Shown here piece by piece: positions 1 to 9,100 of a DNA stretch of 32,000 nt. Positions within the stretch are counted from its first letter, which is position 1, and each line of letters begins with the position of its first letter. Origin of the DNA: Mycolicibacterium mageritense (lineage in GTDB: Bacteria; Actinomycetota; Actinomycetes; Mycobacteriales; Mycobacteriaceae); contig NZ_AP022567.1 in NCBI RefSeq assembly GCF_010727475.1, positions 2,481,910 through 2,513,909 of the forward strand, in the 5' to 3' direction. Position numbers and translations under genes: made by a program. Under the pieces are notes generated by a model. It was given only the letters and a program-made list of their open reading frames with translations. It ran no database searches and had not been told where the DNA came from.

Positions 1-43
1 CCCGCTGACGGTGCTCGACGCGCTCACCGCGGCCGGGTACTGA
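1..43 (+). CDS. 3' terminus of an unidentified CDS entering from the left (last 13 codons ...PLTVLDALTAAGY, stop TGA 41-43)
   Basis: Frame beginning at nt 2 is open to TGA 41-43 and is followed 19 nt later by a strong hairpin. Too short to assign a product. Confidence 0.3.
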   Translation, partial: PLTVLDALTAAGY

Positions 44-61
44 GAAGGCCCCCACACAGAC

Positions 62-89
62 GCGACGCCCCCGTGACCGGGGGCGTCGC
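62..89. terminator. Bidirectional intrinsic-terminator-like hairpin between convergent genes
   Basis: Perfect 12-bp stem GCGACGCCCCCG (62-73) / CGGGGGCGTCGC (78-89) with 4-nt loop TGAC. Lies between the + strand stop (41-43) and the ppiA stop (117-119, minus). No clear U-tract. Confidence 0.55.
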
Positions 90-116
90 CTCGTGTTGAA
101 GGACCGGGTGGACGGG

Positions 117-644
117 TTACGCCACGGTGACCGACTCGATCACGACGGGCTCGGTCGGGCGGTCAGAGCGATCCGTCGCGGTGGACGCGATCGCGTCGAC
201 GACCTTCTGCGACTCCGGATCCACGACCTCACCGAAGATGGTGTGCCGCCGGTTCAGGTGCGGGGTCTTGCCGACCGTGATGAAGAACTGCGACCCATTG
301 GTGCCCGGGCCGGCATTCGCCATCGCCAGCAGGTAGGGCTTGTCGAACTGCAACTCGGGGTGGAACTCGTCGGCGAACTGGTAGCCCGGGCCACCGCGGC
401 CGGTGCCCGTGGGATCGCCACCCTGGATCATGAAGCCGTCGATCACGCGGTGGAAGACCGCGCCGTCGTAGAACGGGCCGGACGTGCCCCCAGAGGCGTT
501 CTCGGTGCTGTAGTCCTTGGTGCCTTGCGCCAGACCAACGAAGTTGGCCACCGTCTTCGGAGCGTGGTTTCCGAACAGTGCGATCTTGATGTCGCCGCGG
601 TTGGTGTGCAGGGTCGCGGTCGCGGTCTGAATGGGGCTCGTCAC
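117..644 (-). CDS. ppiA: Peptidyl-prolyl cis-trans isomerase A (cyclophilin type)
   Basis: 175-aa ORF with cyclophilin motifs [15 protein letters not shown] and [12 protein letters not shown]. Nearly colinear with M. tuberculosis PpiA (Rv0009) as I remember it ([39 protein letters not shown]...). Divergent from cwsA, as in Mtb. Confidence 0.96.
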   Translation of the reverse strand: MTSPIQTATATLHTNRGDIKIALFGNHAPKTVANFVGLAQGTKDYSTENASGGTSGPFYDGAVFHRVIDGFMIQGGDPTGTGRGGPGYQFADEFHPELQFDKPYLLAMANAGPGTNGSQFFITVGKTPHLNRRHTIFGEVVDPESQKVVDAIASTATDRSDRPTEPVVIESVTVA

Positions 645-778
645 GGAATGTCAGTGTGCCATCCCGGTCGCACCGCGCGACCGGCACCCGCCACTTTGCC
701 CCTCAACTCGCCCGGAGATGGCAGGCTGGGTTGAGCGCTTTCCATGACGTGCGACCCGCAGGCCCAGAAAGGTACGAG

Positions 779-1183
779 ATGACCGCGAACACCGATGCCC
801 GGTTGGCCCCCAGTCAACGACTGTCCCGCGGATTGAAGTACACCGCGGTCGGGCCCGTGGACATCACCCGCGGCGTCATCGGGATCGGCGCAGGGACCGT
901 TCAGGCCACGGCGTCAGAGCTGCACAGGCGCTATGAGTCGGGCAAGCTGCGCCGCCAGCTCGCCGCGGCAGCCCAAGCCGTCGCAGCCCTGCCCGAAATC
1001 GTCCAGGCCGAGATCGCCCAGGAAACCGCACCCGCCAAGCGGCGTCGTCGTCCGCTGCTCATCGCAGCCGTCGCCGCGGCCGTGCTGGCCGGGGGAGCGG
1101 TGGCGTTCTCGATCGTCCGGCGGTCGATGCGCCCCGAGCCGTCACCGCTACCGCCGAGTGTCGAGGTCACACCCAAGCCGTAG
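779..1183 (+). CDS. cwsA: Cell wall synthesis protein CwsA (Rv0008c-like small membrane protein)
   Basis: ATG 779 with GAAAGG upstream; the track ORF from 656 is an upstream extension. 134 aa. RLSRGLKYTAVGPVDITRG and the C-terminal TM plus tail AVLAGGAVAFSIVRRSMRPEPSPLPPSVEVTPKP match Mtb CwsA from memory. Conserved position beside ppiA. Confidence 0.88.
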   Translation: MTANTDARLAPSQRLSRGLKYTAVGPVDITRGVIGIGAGTVQATASELHRRYESGKLRRQLAAAAQAVAALPEIVQAEIAQETAPAKRRRRPLLIAAVAAAVLAGGAVAFSIVRRSMRPEPSPLPPSVEVTPKP

Positions 1184-1266
1184 CCCGCCGGCGCGACGGA
1201 TCGCCCAGTTCGACGGAACTGTCGTCACCCGACGGGATTCACGACATTTTCGTCGAATCGAGGTCG

Positions 1267-1757
1267 TCATCCCCGCTCGACGACCGCCTTGATGGCCGCG
1301 AGGGTCACGGGGATTCCGGACAGCGCGGCGGCACTGCGCGCCGCGATCTGGGCATCGGCCTCTTCGCCGTACCGTTCGCGGAAGCCCGCGAGTCCCGCGT
1401 CGAGGAAGTGCCACGACTCAGTGAGTCGCGTGCCCTCGCCCTCGGGGGCCAGCGTGAAACCCCAGCGCACCCAGCCGCTGTTGACCTCCCACGCGAATTC
1501 GCGCCCCGGCTCCGCGGCGACCACCTGACTGCGGGTCTGCCACTCGCGCTCAGGGTGACGTTGCGGCCCGTGAACCAGGCACCGACTTCTGGGCCGCCGC
1601 CCTCGTCCCACCAGCATTCCTTGCACACCGGACTCCACTCGCCCGTGCGGGTCACGTCGGAAACGGTGGCGTAGACGGTCTCGGGCGACGCTGCTACGTG
1701 GATTGAATCGGTGAACTCCAAAGGCGGCACGCCCTGATTATCCGTTGCCGTCATCAC
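1267..1757 (-). pseudogene. SRPBCC (polyketide cyclase/START-like) family gene with a single frame break
   Basis: Two overlapping minus ORFs (1305-1757 and 1267-1638) carry the N-half (SIHVAASPETVYATVSDVTRTGEWSP...GAWFTGRNVT) and C-half (PEREWQTRSQVVAAEPGREFAWEV...GTRLTESW) of one ~160-aa protein. The frames switch at the G3 run 1553-1555; on the minus strand, AAC GTC ACC C|CT GAG needs one more C. Confidence 0.7.
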
Positions 1758-2235
1758 CCGCGCCGTGATTGGGGTTGGTGCAGATCGTGCCCTCGCACGG
1801 CACGTCCGATCCGTCCCCGTTCGGGTTCGGCATCACCGCGCCGCCGTTCTCCTCCGGATTGTCACCGGCACCATGATTCGGGTTGGTGCAGATCGTGCCC
1901 TCACACGGCACGTCCGATCCGTCCCCGTTCGGGTTCGGCATCACCGCGCCGCCGTTCTCCTCCGGATTGTCACCGGCACCATGATTCGGATTGGTGCAGA
2001 TCGTGCCCTCACACGGCACCATCGACCCGTCGCCGTTCGGATTGGGCATCATCGGCACCGATGACGTCGCCGGGGCGCCCGGTGTCGCGGGTGCGGCCGG
2101 AGCGTGCGTCGCCGAGCTGGTCGGCGTCGGCGCGCCCGAGGTGGTCGGGGCTTTTTCGCTGGTGTCGGTACCGCAGGCAGCGCTACACAGGACGAGTGCC
2201 GCCGCGACAGGAATTATCTTGTGCAAACACTTCAT
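1738..2235 (-). CDS. Putative secreted lipoprotein with P/T/S-rich linker and three 36-aa Cys-containing repeats
   Basis: ATG 2235 gives MKCLHKIIPVAAALVLCSAACGTD (signal peptide plus lipobox-like SAAC). This is followed by the APTTSGAPTPTSSATHAPAAPATPGAPATSS linker and 3 x MPNPNGDGS[MD]VPCEGTICTNPNHGAGDNPEENGGAV. The track ORF extension up to 2394 has no start support. Confidence 0.7.
   Translation of the reverse strand: MKCLHKIIPVAAALVLCSAACGTDTSEKAPTTSGAPTPTSSATHAPAAPATPGAPATSSVPMMPNPNGDGSMVPCEGTICTNPNHGAGDNPEENGGAVMPNPNGDGSDVPCEGTICTNPNHGAGDNPEENGGAVMPNPNGDGSDVPCEGTICTNPNHGAGDDGNG
1741..2049 (-). repeat. Tandem direct repeat, period 108 bp, about 2.9 copies (coding)
   Basis: Units 2049-1942, 1941-1834 and 1833-1741 (the last truncated to 93 bp). 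GGTGCAGATCGTGCCCTC recurs at 1777, 1885 and 1993. Units 1 and 2 share an identical 48-nt stretch (CACCGCGCCGCCGTTCTCCTCCGGATTGTCACCGGCACCATGATTCGG). Roughly 90% identity overall by eye. Confidence 0.95.
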
Positions 2236-2371
2236 GTGGTCCGACGCTATCAAGCAATCGCGAGAAGGGGTGGGCGTTGGAGTCGCTATTTCGAGCGAAT
2301 TTCGAAAGTCTGCAACGGAATTCGATAGCGACGGAACGCCGGCGGCCGGGCCCGCCGCTAATTCGATTGAA

Positions 2372-2395
2372 GTGAACGATACCGTTTCGTACACT
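2372..2395 (+). promoter_or_regulatory. Candidate TetR operator palindrome overlapping a -10-like hexamer (leaderless geometry)
   Basis: 23-bp imperfect palindrome GTGAACGATAC-C-GTTTCGTACAC (9/11 arm matches) at 2372-2394. TACACT (TANNNT) at 2390-2395 ends 7 nt before the GTG start at 2403. Confidence 0.35.
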
Positions 2396-2402
2396 TTGAC
2401 TC

Positions 2403-2975
2403 GTGGTACGAGGGCAACAACGCGTCGACGCGATCCTGGCCGCCACCCTGGACCTGGTGGCCGAACACGGCTATCCCGCGCTGACCATGGACGCCGTGGC
2501 CGCGCGCGCGAACGCGAGCAAGGCGACCATCTATCGTCGTTGGCGCAACAAGGCCGAACTGGTCAAGGCCGCGCTCGACGCGTACGACGCCCGGCAGAAC
2601 TCCGTGATCCCCGATACCGGGAGCCTGCGCGGCGATCTGATGGCGGTTCTGGATATGTTGCGGGACAAGTCATCTGAACACTTCACCGCGATCATCGGCT
2701 CACTCGTCGCGGCGAGCAGACATGACCGGGAACTGGCCGCGGCACTGCGCGAGCACGTCGACAACGAGGAGTTGTCCCCGTTTCACGATGCCCTGCACCG
2801 CGCGATCGGTCGCGGCGATCTGCCACCCGACACCGACGCCGTCCTGATCCACGACGTCGCCGAAGCAATGATCCTGCGCCAGTTGCAGATTGGCGCAGCC
2901 CTCGATGATGCGTTCGCAGCCCGCCTCGTCGACGACATTCTGCTGCGCCTGCTGCACCGGGAAGGAAATTCATGA
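2403..2975 (+). CDS. TetR/AcrR-family transcriptional regulator
   Basis: 190 aa, GTG start. N-terminal HTH signature LTMDAVAARANASKATIYRRWRNKAELV. Stop overlaps the next start (ATGA, 2972-2975). Confidence 0.9.
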   Translation: MVRGQQRVDAILAATLDLVAEHGYPALTMDAVAARANASKATIYRRWRNKAELVKAALDAYDARQNSVIPDTGSLRGDLMAVLDMLRDKSSEHFTAIIGSLVAASRHDRELAAALREHVDNEELSPFHDALHRAIGRGDLPPDTDAVLIHDVAEAMILRQLQIGAALDDAFAARLVDDILLRLLHREGNS

Positions 2976-4396
2976 CCGTGCTGATCGTCGGGGCCGGACC
3001 GACCGGCCTCACACTCGCGTGCGATCTGGCCCGTAACGGCGTGCCGTTCCGGATCGTCGACAAAGCGGGCGGTGTGTTCAACGGATCGCGCGCCAAAGGC
3101 CTGCAACCGCGCACGCTCGAGGTTTTCGACGATCTCGGTGTGATCGACGCGGTGCTCGCGGGTGGGGAGCCTTTCCCGCAGTTCCGCCTGTACCGTGGCC
3201 AGGACGTGGTGTGGGAACGCTCGGTGTCGGAAATGCTCGGCGCACCGGCCCTCACGGCGTCGGACGCGGTGCCGTATCCGGATCCGTGGCTCATTCCCCA
3301 GTGGCGCACCGAAGAGATCCTCTGCGCCCGGCTCGCCGAGCTCGGCGGCCGGGTCGAATGGGACACCGAAATCCGCACGCTCACACAGGATCTCACCGGA
3401 GTGTCGGCACACACCGACGACGGTGTGATCCGGGCCGACTACGTCATCGCCTGCGACGGCGGGCGCAGCACCGTCCGCAAGACACTCGGCGTCGGGTTCG
3501 AGGGCAACACGTTGCAGACTGAAAGCACCCTGATCGGTGACGTCCGCGCGGCGGGCCTCGACGGTCGTTTCTGCCACATGCTGACCGGCGGAGGTGATGT
3601 GGGCCAACGGTTCTCGCTATGGAACCTGCCGGACAGCGACCATTACCAGTTCGTCGTGTCGATGGCGCCCGACGAACTGCCCGCCCTGACCCTCGAGGCG
3701 GTACAGCAACTTTGCGTGCAGCGTTCGGGACGCACCGACATCCGGCTGCACGATCTGCGCTGGATCTCCCTGTACCGCGTGAACACCCGCATGGTGGACC
3801 GTTATCAGGTGGGCCGGGTCATCCTGGCGGGCGACGCAGCACACGTGCACTCGTCGGCGGGCGGCCAGGGCCTCAACACCGGCGTCCAAGACGCCTACAA
3901 CCTCGGCTGGAAGCTCGCCGCGGTGTACGCGGGCGCGGACCCGAGCCTGCTGGAAACCTTTGCCTCCGAACGGATGCCCGTCGCCGCCCAGGTGCTCGGC
4001 CTGAGCACGCTGCTGCATGAACAGAACTTTCGCGGCGGGAACGGCACGCCGGCCATCCATCAGCTCGACATCACCTACCGCGACGGCCCGTTGGCGCAGG
4101 ACGACCGCCGTCAGCGGGGCCGGTTACGCGCGGGTGACCGAGCGCCGGACGGTTTCTCGGCGGCCGGCGACCGGCTGTTCGACGTCTTCCGGGGCACGCA
4201 CCACACTCTGCTTGCCTTTGACGCGCCCGTGCCGCAACTCGACATCCCCGCGGTCACGGTGTCGCCCGGTGCCGGCTACGACGTGGCTCCCGGCACCTAC
4301 GTCCTGGTGCGGCCCGACGGTTACATCGGTGCGATCAGCGAGTCCGCCGACACCGTGGTCAGGTACTTGGGAGGCGCCCGGCATGCAGCGGTGTGA
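2972..4396 (+). CDS. FAD-dependent (class A flavoprotein) aromatic-ring monooxygenase
   Basis: 474 aa. GxGxxG fold VLIVGAGPTGLTLACDL, CDGGRSTVRK, and GDAAHVHSSAGGQGLNTGVQDAYNLGWKLA are fingerprints of PheA/TfdB/Rox-type hydroxylases. Confidence 0.88.
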   Translation: MTVLIVGAGPTGLTLACDLARNGVPFRIVDKAGGVFNGSRAKGLQPRTLEVFDDLGVIDAVLAGGEPFPQFRLYRGQDVVWERSVSEMLGAPALTASDAVPYPDPWLIPQWRTEEILCARLAELGGRVEWDTEIRTLTQDLTGVSAHTDDGVIRADYVIACDGGRSTVRKTLGVGFEGNTLQTESTLIGDVRAAGLDGRFCHMLTGGGDVGQRFSLWNLPDSDHYQFVVSMAPDELPALTLEAVQQLCVQRSGRTDIRLHDLRWISLYRVNTRMVDRYQVGRVILAGDAAHVHSSAGGQGLNTGVQDAYNLGWKLAAVYAGADPSLLETFASERMPVAAQVLGLSTLLHEQNFRGGNGTPAIHQLDITYRDGPLAQDDRRQRGRLRAGDRAPDGFSAAGDRLFDVFRGTHHTLLAFDAPVPQLDIPAVTVSPGAGYDVAPGTYVLVRPDGYIGAISESADTVVRYLGGARHAAV

Positions 4397-4889
4397 GGAG
4401 TGCGGGTACACCTACGACCTGGAGGCCGCGCCGCAGGCCCCTGAAGCCATCCGGGCGGGCACAGCGCAGCTCGCCGGGCTGCTGACCACGACCGAACACT
4501 ACGCGTTGGTACGCAGGCCGGCGCCCGGCGTGTGGGCGCCGCTTGAGTACGCGTGCCATCTACGCGACATGCTGCTGACCCAACGTGAGCGCGTGCTGCT
4601 GGCGCGTCGCGTGGACACCCCGCAGTGCGTCCCGATGGGCCGCGACGAGCGCGTGGGGCACGAGGGATACGTCGAGCAGGATCCCGTCGAGGTGGCCGCC
4701 GAACTCACGATGGCCGCGCGGCTGCTGGGCAATGTGTTCGCCCGGCTCGACACCACGGACTGGGAGCTGCGGCTCGTCTACAACTGGCCCGAGCGGCACG
4801 TCCGGACGCTGCGCTGGGTGGCCGCGCACACGCTGCACGAGGTGCAGCACCATCTGCTGGACGTGCGCCGTCAGCTCGAAGCGGAGTGA
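4383..4889 (+). CDS. DinB-superfamily (mycothiol-dependent-enzyme-like) protein
   Basis: ATG 4383, 168 aa, 14-nt overlap with the monooxygenase gene. The 290-aa track ORF (4017-) is an out-of-gene extension. His-containing helices WAPLEYACHLRD and VAAHTLHEVQHHLLDV are typical of DinB-like four-helix bundles. N-terminal CEEC knuckle. Confidence 0.7.
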   Translation: MQRCEECGYTYDLEAAPQAPEAIRAGTAQLAGLLTTTEHYALVRRPAPGVWAPLEYACHLRDMLLTQRERVLLARRVDTPQCVPMGRDERVGHEGYVEQDPVEVAAELTMAARLLGNVFARLDTTDWELRLVYNWPERHVRTLRWVAAHTLHEVQHHLLDVRRQLEAE

Positions 4890-4914
4890 TGACGGCGTGC
4901 GACGAAAAGAATTG

Positions 4915-4987
4915 TGGAGCCTAGGAGATTCGAACTCCTGACATCTGCCTTGCAAAGGCAGCGCTCTACCAACTGAGCTAAGGCCCC
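4915..4987 (-). tRNA. alaT: tRNA-Ala (anticodon TGC)
   Basis: Reverse complement GGGGCCTTAGCTCAGTTGGTAGAGCGCTGCCTTTGCAAGGCAGATGTCAGGAGTTCGAATCTCCTAGGCTCCA folds as a cloverleaf (7-bp acceptor, D arm GCTC/GAGC, anticodon stem CTGCC/GGCAG with loop TTTGCAA, T arm AGGAG/CTCCT). 73 nt, no encoded CCA. Confidence 0.97.
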
Positions 4988-5140
4988 GTATTCGGCTGCG
5001 ACGGTGGGGTTTCCGCCTCGTGCCAAACTTCTGCACCGTGTCGTGACCGCCACACGATCACCGCGACGGCTGCGATGACAGCCAGAACCACGAACCGCAT
5101 GGCGGACCCTCTCGGTGATCACCGGCGATGCCGGTTGTCG

Positions 5141-5214
5141 TGGGCCTAGGAGGACTCGAACCTCCGACCTCTTCGTTATCAGCGAAGCGCTCTAACCGCC
5201 TGAGCTATAGGCCC
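5141..5214 (-). tRNA. ileT: tRNA-Ile (anticodon GAT)
   Basis: Reverse complement GGGCCTATAGCTCAGGCGGTTAGAGCGCTTCGCTGATAACGAAGAGGTCGGAGGTTCGAGTCCTCCTAGGCCCA. Anticodon stem CTTCG/CGAAG with loop CTGATAA, T arm GGAGG/CCTCC. 74 nt. Same Ile-Ala pair downstream of gyrA/Rv0007 as in Mtb. Confidence 0.97.
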
Positions 5215-5274
5215 GGATAAGGGGACGACCGAGCGACGAGATTACCTCACGAGGCCCGTTCTGCCCAAACCGGT

Positions 5275-6102
5275 TCAGTCCCGATCGGCCAACGTCACTT
5301 CCACACCGCCGACGAGGTCGGTCGTGAGGTTGTAGATGAAGGCCCCGATGGTCGCCAACGCCGTCAACACCACGATGTTGACGAGGCCGATCAGTGCGGC
5401 GCCCCCGAAGATGGTGCCGCTCGAGACCAGCTCGCCGCCGCTGCTTCCACTGGCGCTCGTCAGCAGGTCGCCGACGTTGCTGTTGAGCTTGCTCCAGACG
5501 CCCATGCCGCCCAGTACGAGGTACAGGAACGCCACGGCGATCATCCACACGAAAAACAGTGCCACCGACAGCACGAGGGACACCTTGAGCACCGTCCACG
5601 GATCCACCCGCCGGATCTGCATGCTGGCCCGGACGGGACCGTTCTGCGTCTGCGGCCGGCTCGCCACCTGGACCCGCGCCGCGGGCCCCGACCGTGGCGC
5701 CGGGCCGTCCGAGGTGGGCTTCCGCTGCGTGGAACGCGGGACCGGCCCGGACAGGTCCGGGAGCTCGCTCGCGTACGCCTCGGGCCGCACCGGCTCGTTG
5801 CGGGGCGCGGGCTCGTTGCGGGGCGCGGTCCGGGGCTGTTCCGCCTCGGCCGTCTCACCACCGCTGATGAACCGTTGCACCCTGGCGTCGACCCCGGAGG
5901 AGGACCGCGATCCGTCGCCCCGTGCGTCGGCGGGCGGCTGCTGCGCGGTACGTGACGACCCGCGCTGCCACGGCGGCACCTCACCGGTCTCGGTGATCTG
6001 TCCGCGGGGCACAGCCGCGCCTTCGCCCCCGGCTGCCGAACCGTTGGTGCTGCCGGGCCGGTCGCCCGTGCGCGGGTATCCCGGCTCGTTCGGTGAACTC
6101 AC
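5275..6102 (-). CDS. DUF3566-type membrane protein (Rv0007 position)
   Basis: GTG 6102 with AAGGAG 7 nt upstream. 275 aa. Disordered P/R/S-rich N-half, then a C-half with TM segments ([63 protein letters not shown]). Sits immediately downstream of gyrA, as in other mycobacteria. Confidence 0.88.
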   Translation of the reverse strand: MSSPNEPGYPRTGDRPGSTNGSAAGGEGAAVPRGQITETGEVPPWQRGSSRTAQQPPADARGDGSRSSSGVDARVQRFISGGETAEAEQPRTAPRNEPAPRNEPVRPEAYASELPDLSGPVPRSTQRKPTSDGPAPRSGPAARVQVASRPQTQNGPVRASMQIRRVDPWTVLKVSLVLSVALFFVWMIAVAFLYLVLGGMGVWSKLNSNVGDLLTSASGSSGGELVSSGTIFGGAALIGLVNIVVLTALATIGAFIYNLTTDLVGGVEVTLADRD

Positions 6103-6154
6103 CTAACAGCTCCTTAGTTCAGGCCGAGGGCCAGGCAGCGCCTCGGCGGACGCG

Positions 6155-9100
6155 TCACGCCTCGTCGGGCTCGGCAGCTTCGGCTTCCGGGCCCTCCTCG
6201 GCGTTGCGCGCAATCGCAATCAGTGTGTCGCCCTCGCCCAGGTTCATCAAGCGGACCCCCTTGGTTTGCCGCCCGGCCTTGCGAACCTGACGGGCAGCGG
6301 TCCGAATGACACCCCCACCGGAGGTGATCGCGTACAACTCGGTCTCGTCGTCCACGATCAGTGCTCCGACCAGACTGCCACGTTTGCGGTCGTACTGGAT
6401 CGTCAGGATCCCCTTGCCGCCGCGGCCCTGGACCGAGTACTCGTCGATCGCGGTCCGCTTTGCATAGCCGCCGGCGGTCGCCACCAGCAGATATGTGTCC
6501 GGCCGCACGACGTTGAGCGACAGCAGCCGGTCGTCCTCGTTGAACCGCATGCCCTGCACACCCGACGTGGCCCGGCCCATCGGACGCAGTGCCTCGTCGG
6601 TTGCCGAGAAGCGGATCGACTGGCCGTTGGCGCTCACCAGCAGCAGGTCGTCCTCGGCCGAGCACAGCACCGCGCCGACCAGTTCGTCGCCGTCACGCAG
6701 GTTCACCGCGACGATGCCGCCCGAGCGGTTCGAGTCGAAGTCCGTCAGCTTGGACTTCTTCACCAGACCGTTGCGGGTAGCCAGCACCAGGTACGGCGCG
6801 TCCTCGTAGCTCTTGAGCTGGATGACCTGCGCGATGCGCTCCTCCGGCTGGAACGCGAGCAGGTTGGCGACATGCTGGCCGCGCGCGGTGCGGGAGGCCT
6901 CCGGCAGCTCGTAGGCCTTGGCCCGGTACACCCGGCCCTGCGTGGTGAAGAACAGGATCCAGTCGTGCGTCGAGCACACGAAGAAGTGGTTGACGATGTC
7001 GTCCTGCTTGAGCCCGGCACCCTGCACGCCCTTGCCGCCGCGCTTCTGGCTGCGGTACAGGTCGGTCTTGGTGCGCTTGGCGTAGCCGGTCTCGGTGATC
7101 GTCACGACCACGTCCTCGCGGGCGATCAGATCTTCGTCGCTCACCTCGCCGTCGGCGGGGACGATCCGGGTCCGACGGTCGTCGCCGTGCTTCTCGACGA
7201 TCTCGGCGAGCTCGTCACGCACGATGGCCCGCTGGCGCTCCGGCTTGGCCAGGATGTCCTCGAGGTCGGCAATCTCGGCCTCGATCTTGGCCAGGTCGTC
7301 GACGATCTTCTGCCGCTCGAGGGCAGCCAGCCTGCGCAGCTGCATGTCGAGGATGGCCTGGGCCTGGATCTCGTCGATGTCGAGCAACTCGATCAGGCCG
7401 GCCCGGGCGATGTCGACGGTCTGCGACGCCCGGATCAACGCGATCACCTCGTCGAGGGCGTCGAGCGCCTTGACCAGACCGCGCAGGATGTGGGCCCGCT
7501 CGTTGGCCTTGCGCAACCGGTAGCGCGTGCGGCGGACGATGACATCGAGTTGGTGGTCGACGTAAAGCCGGATCAGCTGGTCCAGGCGCAGGGTGCGCGG
7601 CACGCCGTCGACGATCGACAGCATGTTGGCCCCGAAGCTGGTCTGCAGCTGGGTGTGCTTGTAGAGGTTGTTCAGCACGACCTTCGCGACGGCATCACGC
7701 TTGAGCTCCACCACGATTCGCAAGCCCACGCGGTCGCTGGACTGGTCTTCGATGTTGGAGATGCCGGCCAGCTTGCCGTCGCGGACCTGCTCGGCGATCG
7801 AGGTGATGAAGTTGTCGTGGTTGACCTGGTAGGGCAGCTCGGTGATGACGATGCCCGTGCGGCCACGGCTGTCCTCTTCGATCTCGACGACGCCACGCAT
7901 CTTGATCGAGCCACGACCGGTCTTGTACGTGTCCTCGATGCCCTGGCTGCCCACGATCAGGCCGTGGGTGGGGAAGTCGGGCCCCTTGACCCGCTCACAC
8001 ACCGCAGCCAACGTGGCTTCCTCGTCGGCGTCGTAGTTCTCCAGGCACCAGTACACGGCCTCGGCCAGCTCCCGCAGATTGTGCGGCGGGATGTTGGTGG
8101 CCATGCCGACGGCGATGCCGCCCGAACCGTTGGCCAGCAGGTTGGGGAACCGGCTGGGCAGCACGGTCGGCTCTTGCACCCGGCCGTCGTAGTTCGGAAT
8201 GAAATCGACTGTCTCCTCGTCGATTTCACGCAGCATCTCCATGGCCAGCGGTGTCAGCCGGGCTTCTGTGTTGTGGCTGACGAAGCCGTTGGTGATGAAT
8301 GCGTGATCGTCGGTGTCAACCCGCAGGCTGTACACGGGCTGCACACCAGCTTCGGTCACCGATGAGACACGTGCGTAGTAGAACCGTCCATCGGTCAGCT
8401 CGCTGGCGATCGCTCGCACGTCCGGGTCCGCGATGTGGCTCAGGATCTCCGCACCGTTGCGACGCCAGCGGTCGAGACGGTCGATGTTGTGCTTGCGCAG
8501 CCACTCCTTGTCCGCCCATCGGCCACCACCGTGGGCGCGGATGAACTCGGCGAGGCCGGGCACGTGATCGCCGTCGAGACCCGCGGCCTTCTCCGGTAGC
8601 GCGGCGACGATCGCGTCGAGCTTGGCGCGCTTGGCACCGCCGAATCCCACCTGGGAGACAAACAGCTCGGCCTGCGCCCGGTTCGTGATGACGACCTTGT
8701 GTTCACCCGTCGCATGACGGTACCGACGCGAGACAACACCGAATTCCAGCAGCATCTGCTGGACGTCCTTGGCGAGCCGCTCGCTGCGCGTCGAGTACGA
8801 CACCTGAATCGTGTTGCGCGGCAACGCCGAGCACGATCCATCGCCTTCGAACAGGGCTTGCAGGAACACGCGTTTGACGGCCGCCGGCGCGTGCCAAAGC
8901 CATTCCGGCACGGCCTTGTCCGCCGACCGCTGCCCGATCATGTCGGCGAGACGCGACTTCCGCAATGCCTCGAGGTTGTGGATGTCCAACTCGAACAGCT
9001 CGGAACCCGAGGCGATCGTCCGCGCTGACGTGTACCGGGGCCCACCGACCACTGCGTCGTAGGCGGCGACCACCATCGTGAAGAAGTCGCGGTCCAGGTT

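Noticed and set aside
93-734. Long ORFs antisense to or overlapping confirmed genes: 93-734, 5336-6106, 10643-11518, 11140-12555, 13113-13904, 14085-15080, 14837-15766, 14960-15703, 19936-20643, 22823-23371, 23639-24715, 23652-24509, 25231-25725, 29673-30374
   Set aside because: Each is in an alternative frame or strand of a gene with clear family motifs. Their translations are Arg/Pro/Gly/Ala-rich low-information sequences typical of non-coding frames in high-GC DNA.
656-778. Upstream extensions of track ORFs: cwsA from 656; likewise the lipoprotein to 2394, eccA to 13197, and 13255, 13581, 18128, 19159 and 22826
   Set aside because: Internal ATG or GTG starts have SD-like sequences at proper spacing and match the expected N-termini of the families. 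The extensions add no recognisable sequence. The eccA 5' end remains somewhat uncertain.
4017-4382. N-terminal 122 codons of the 290-aa track ORF (4017-4889)
   Set aside because: This part overlaps the monooxygenase gene out of frame and reads as Arg/Thr/Ser/Pro-rich noise. The DinB-like sequence begins at ATG 4383.
6266-8365. 699-aa plus-strand ORF, and several shorter ones, lying antisense to gyrA
   Set aside because: gyrA on the minus strand is unambiguous. The antisense ORF is the usual high-GC artefact (R/G/D/V/L/H-rich, no recognisable motif, no SD or start context).
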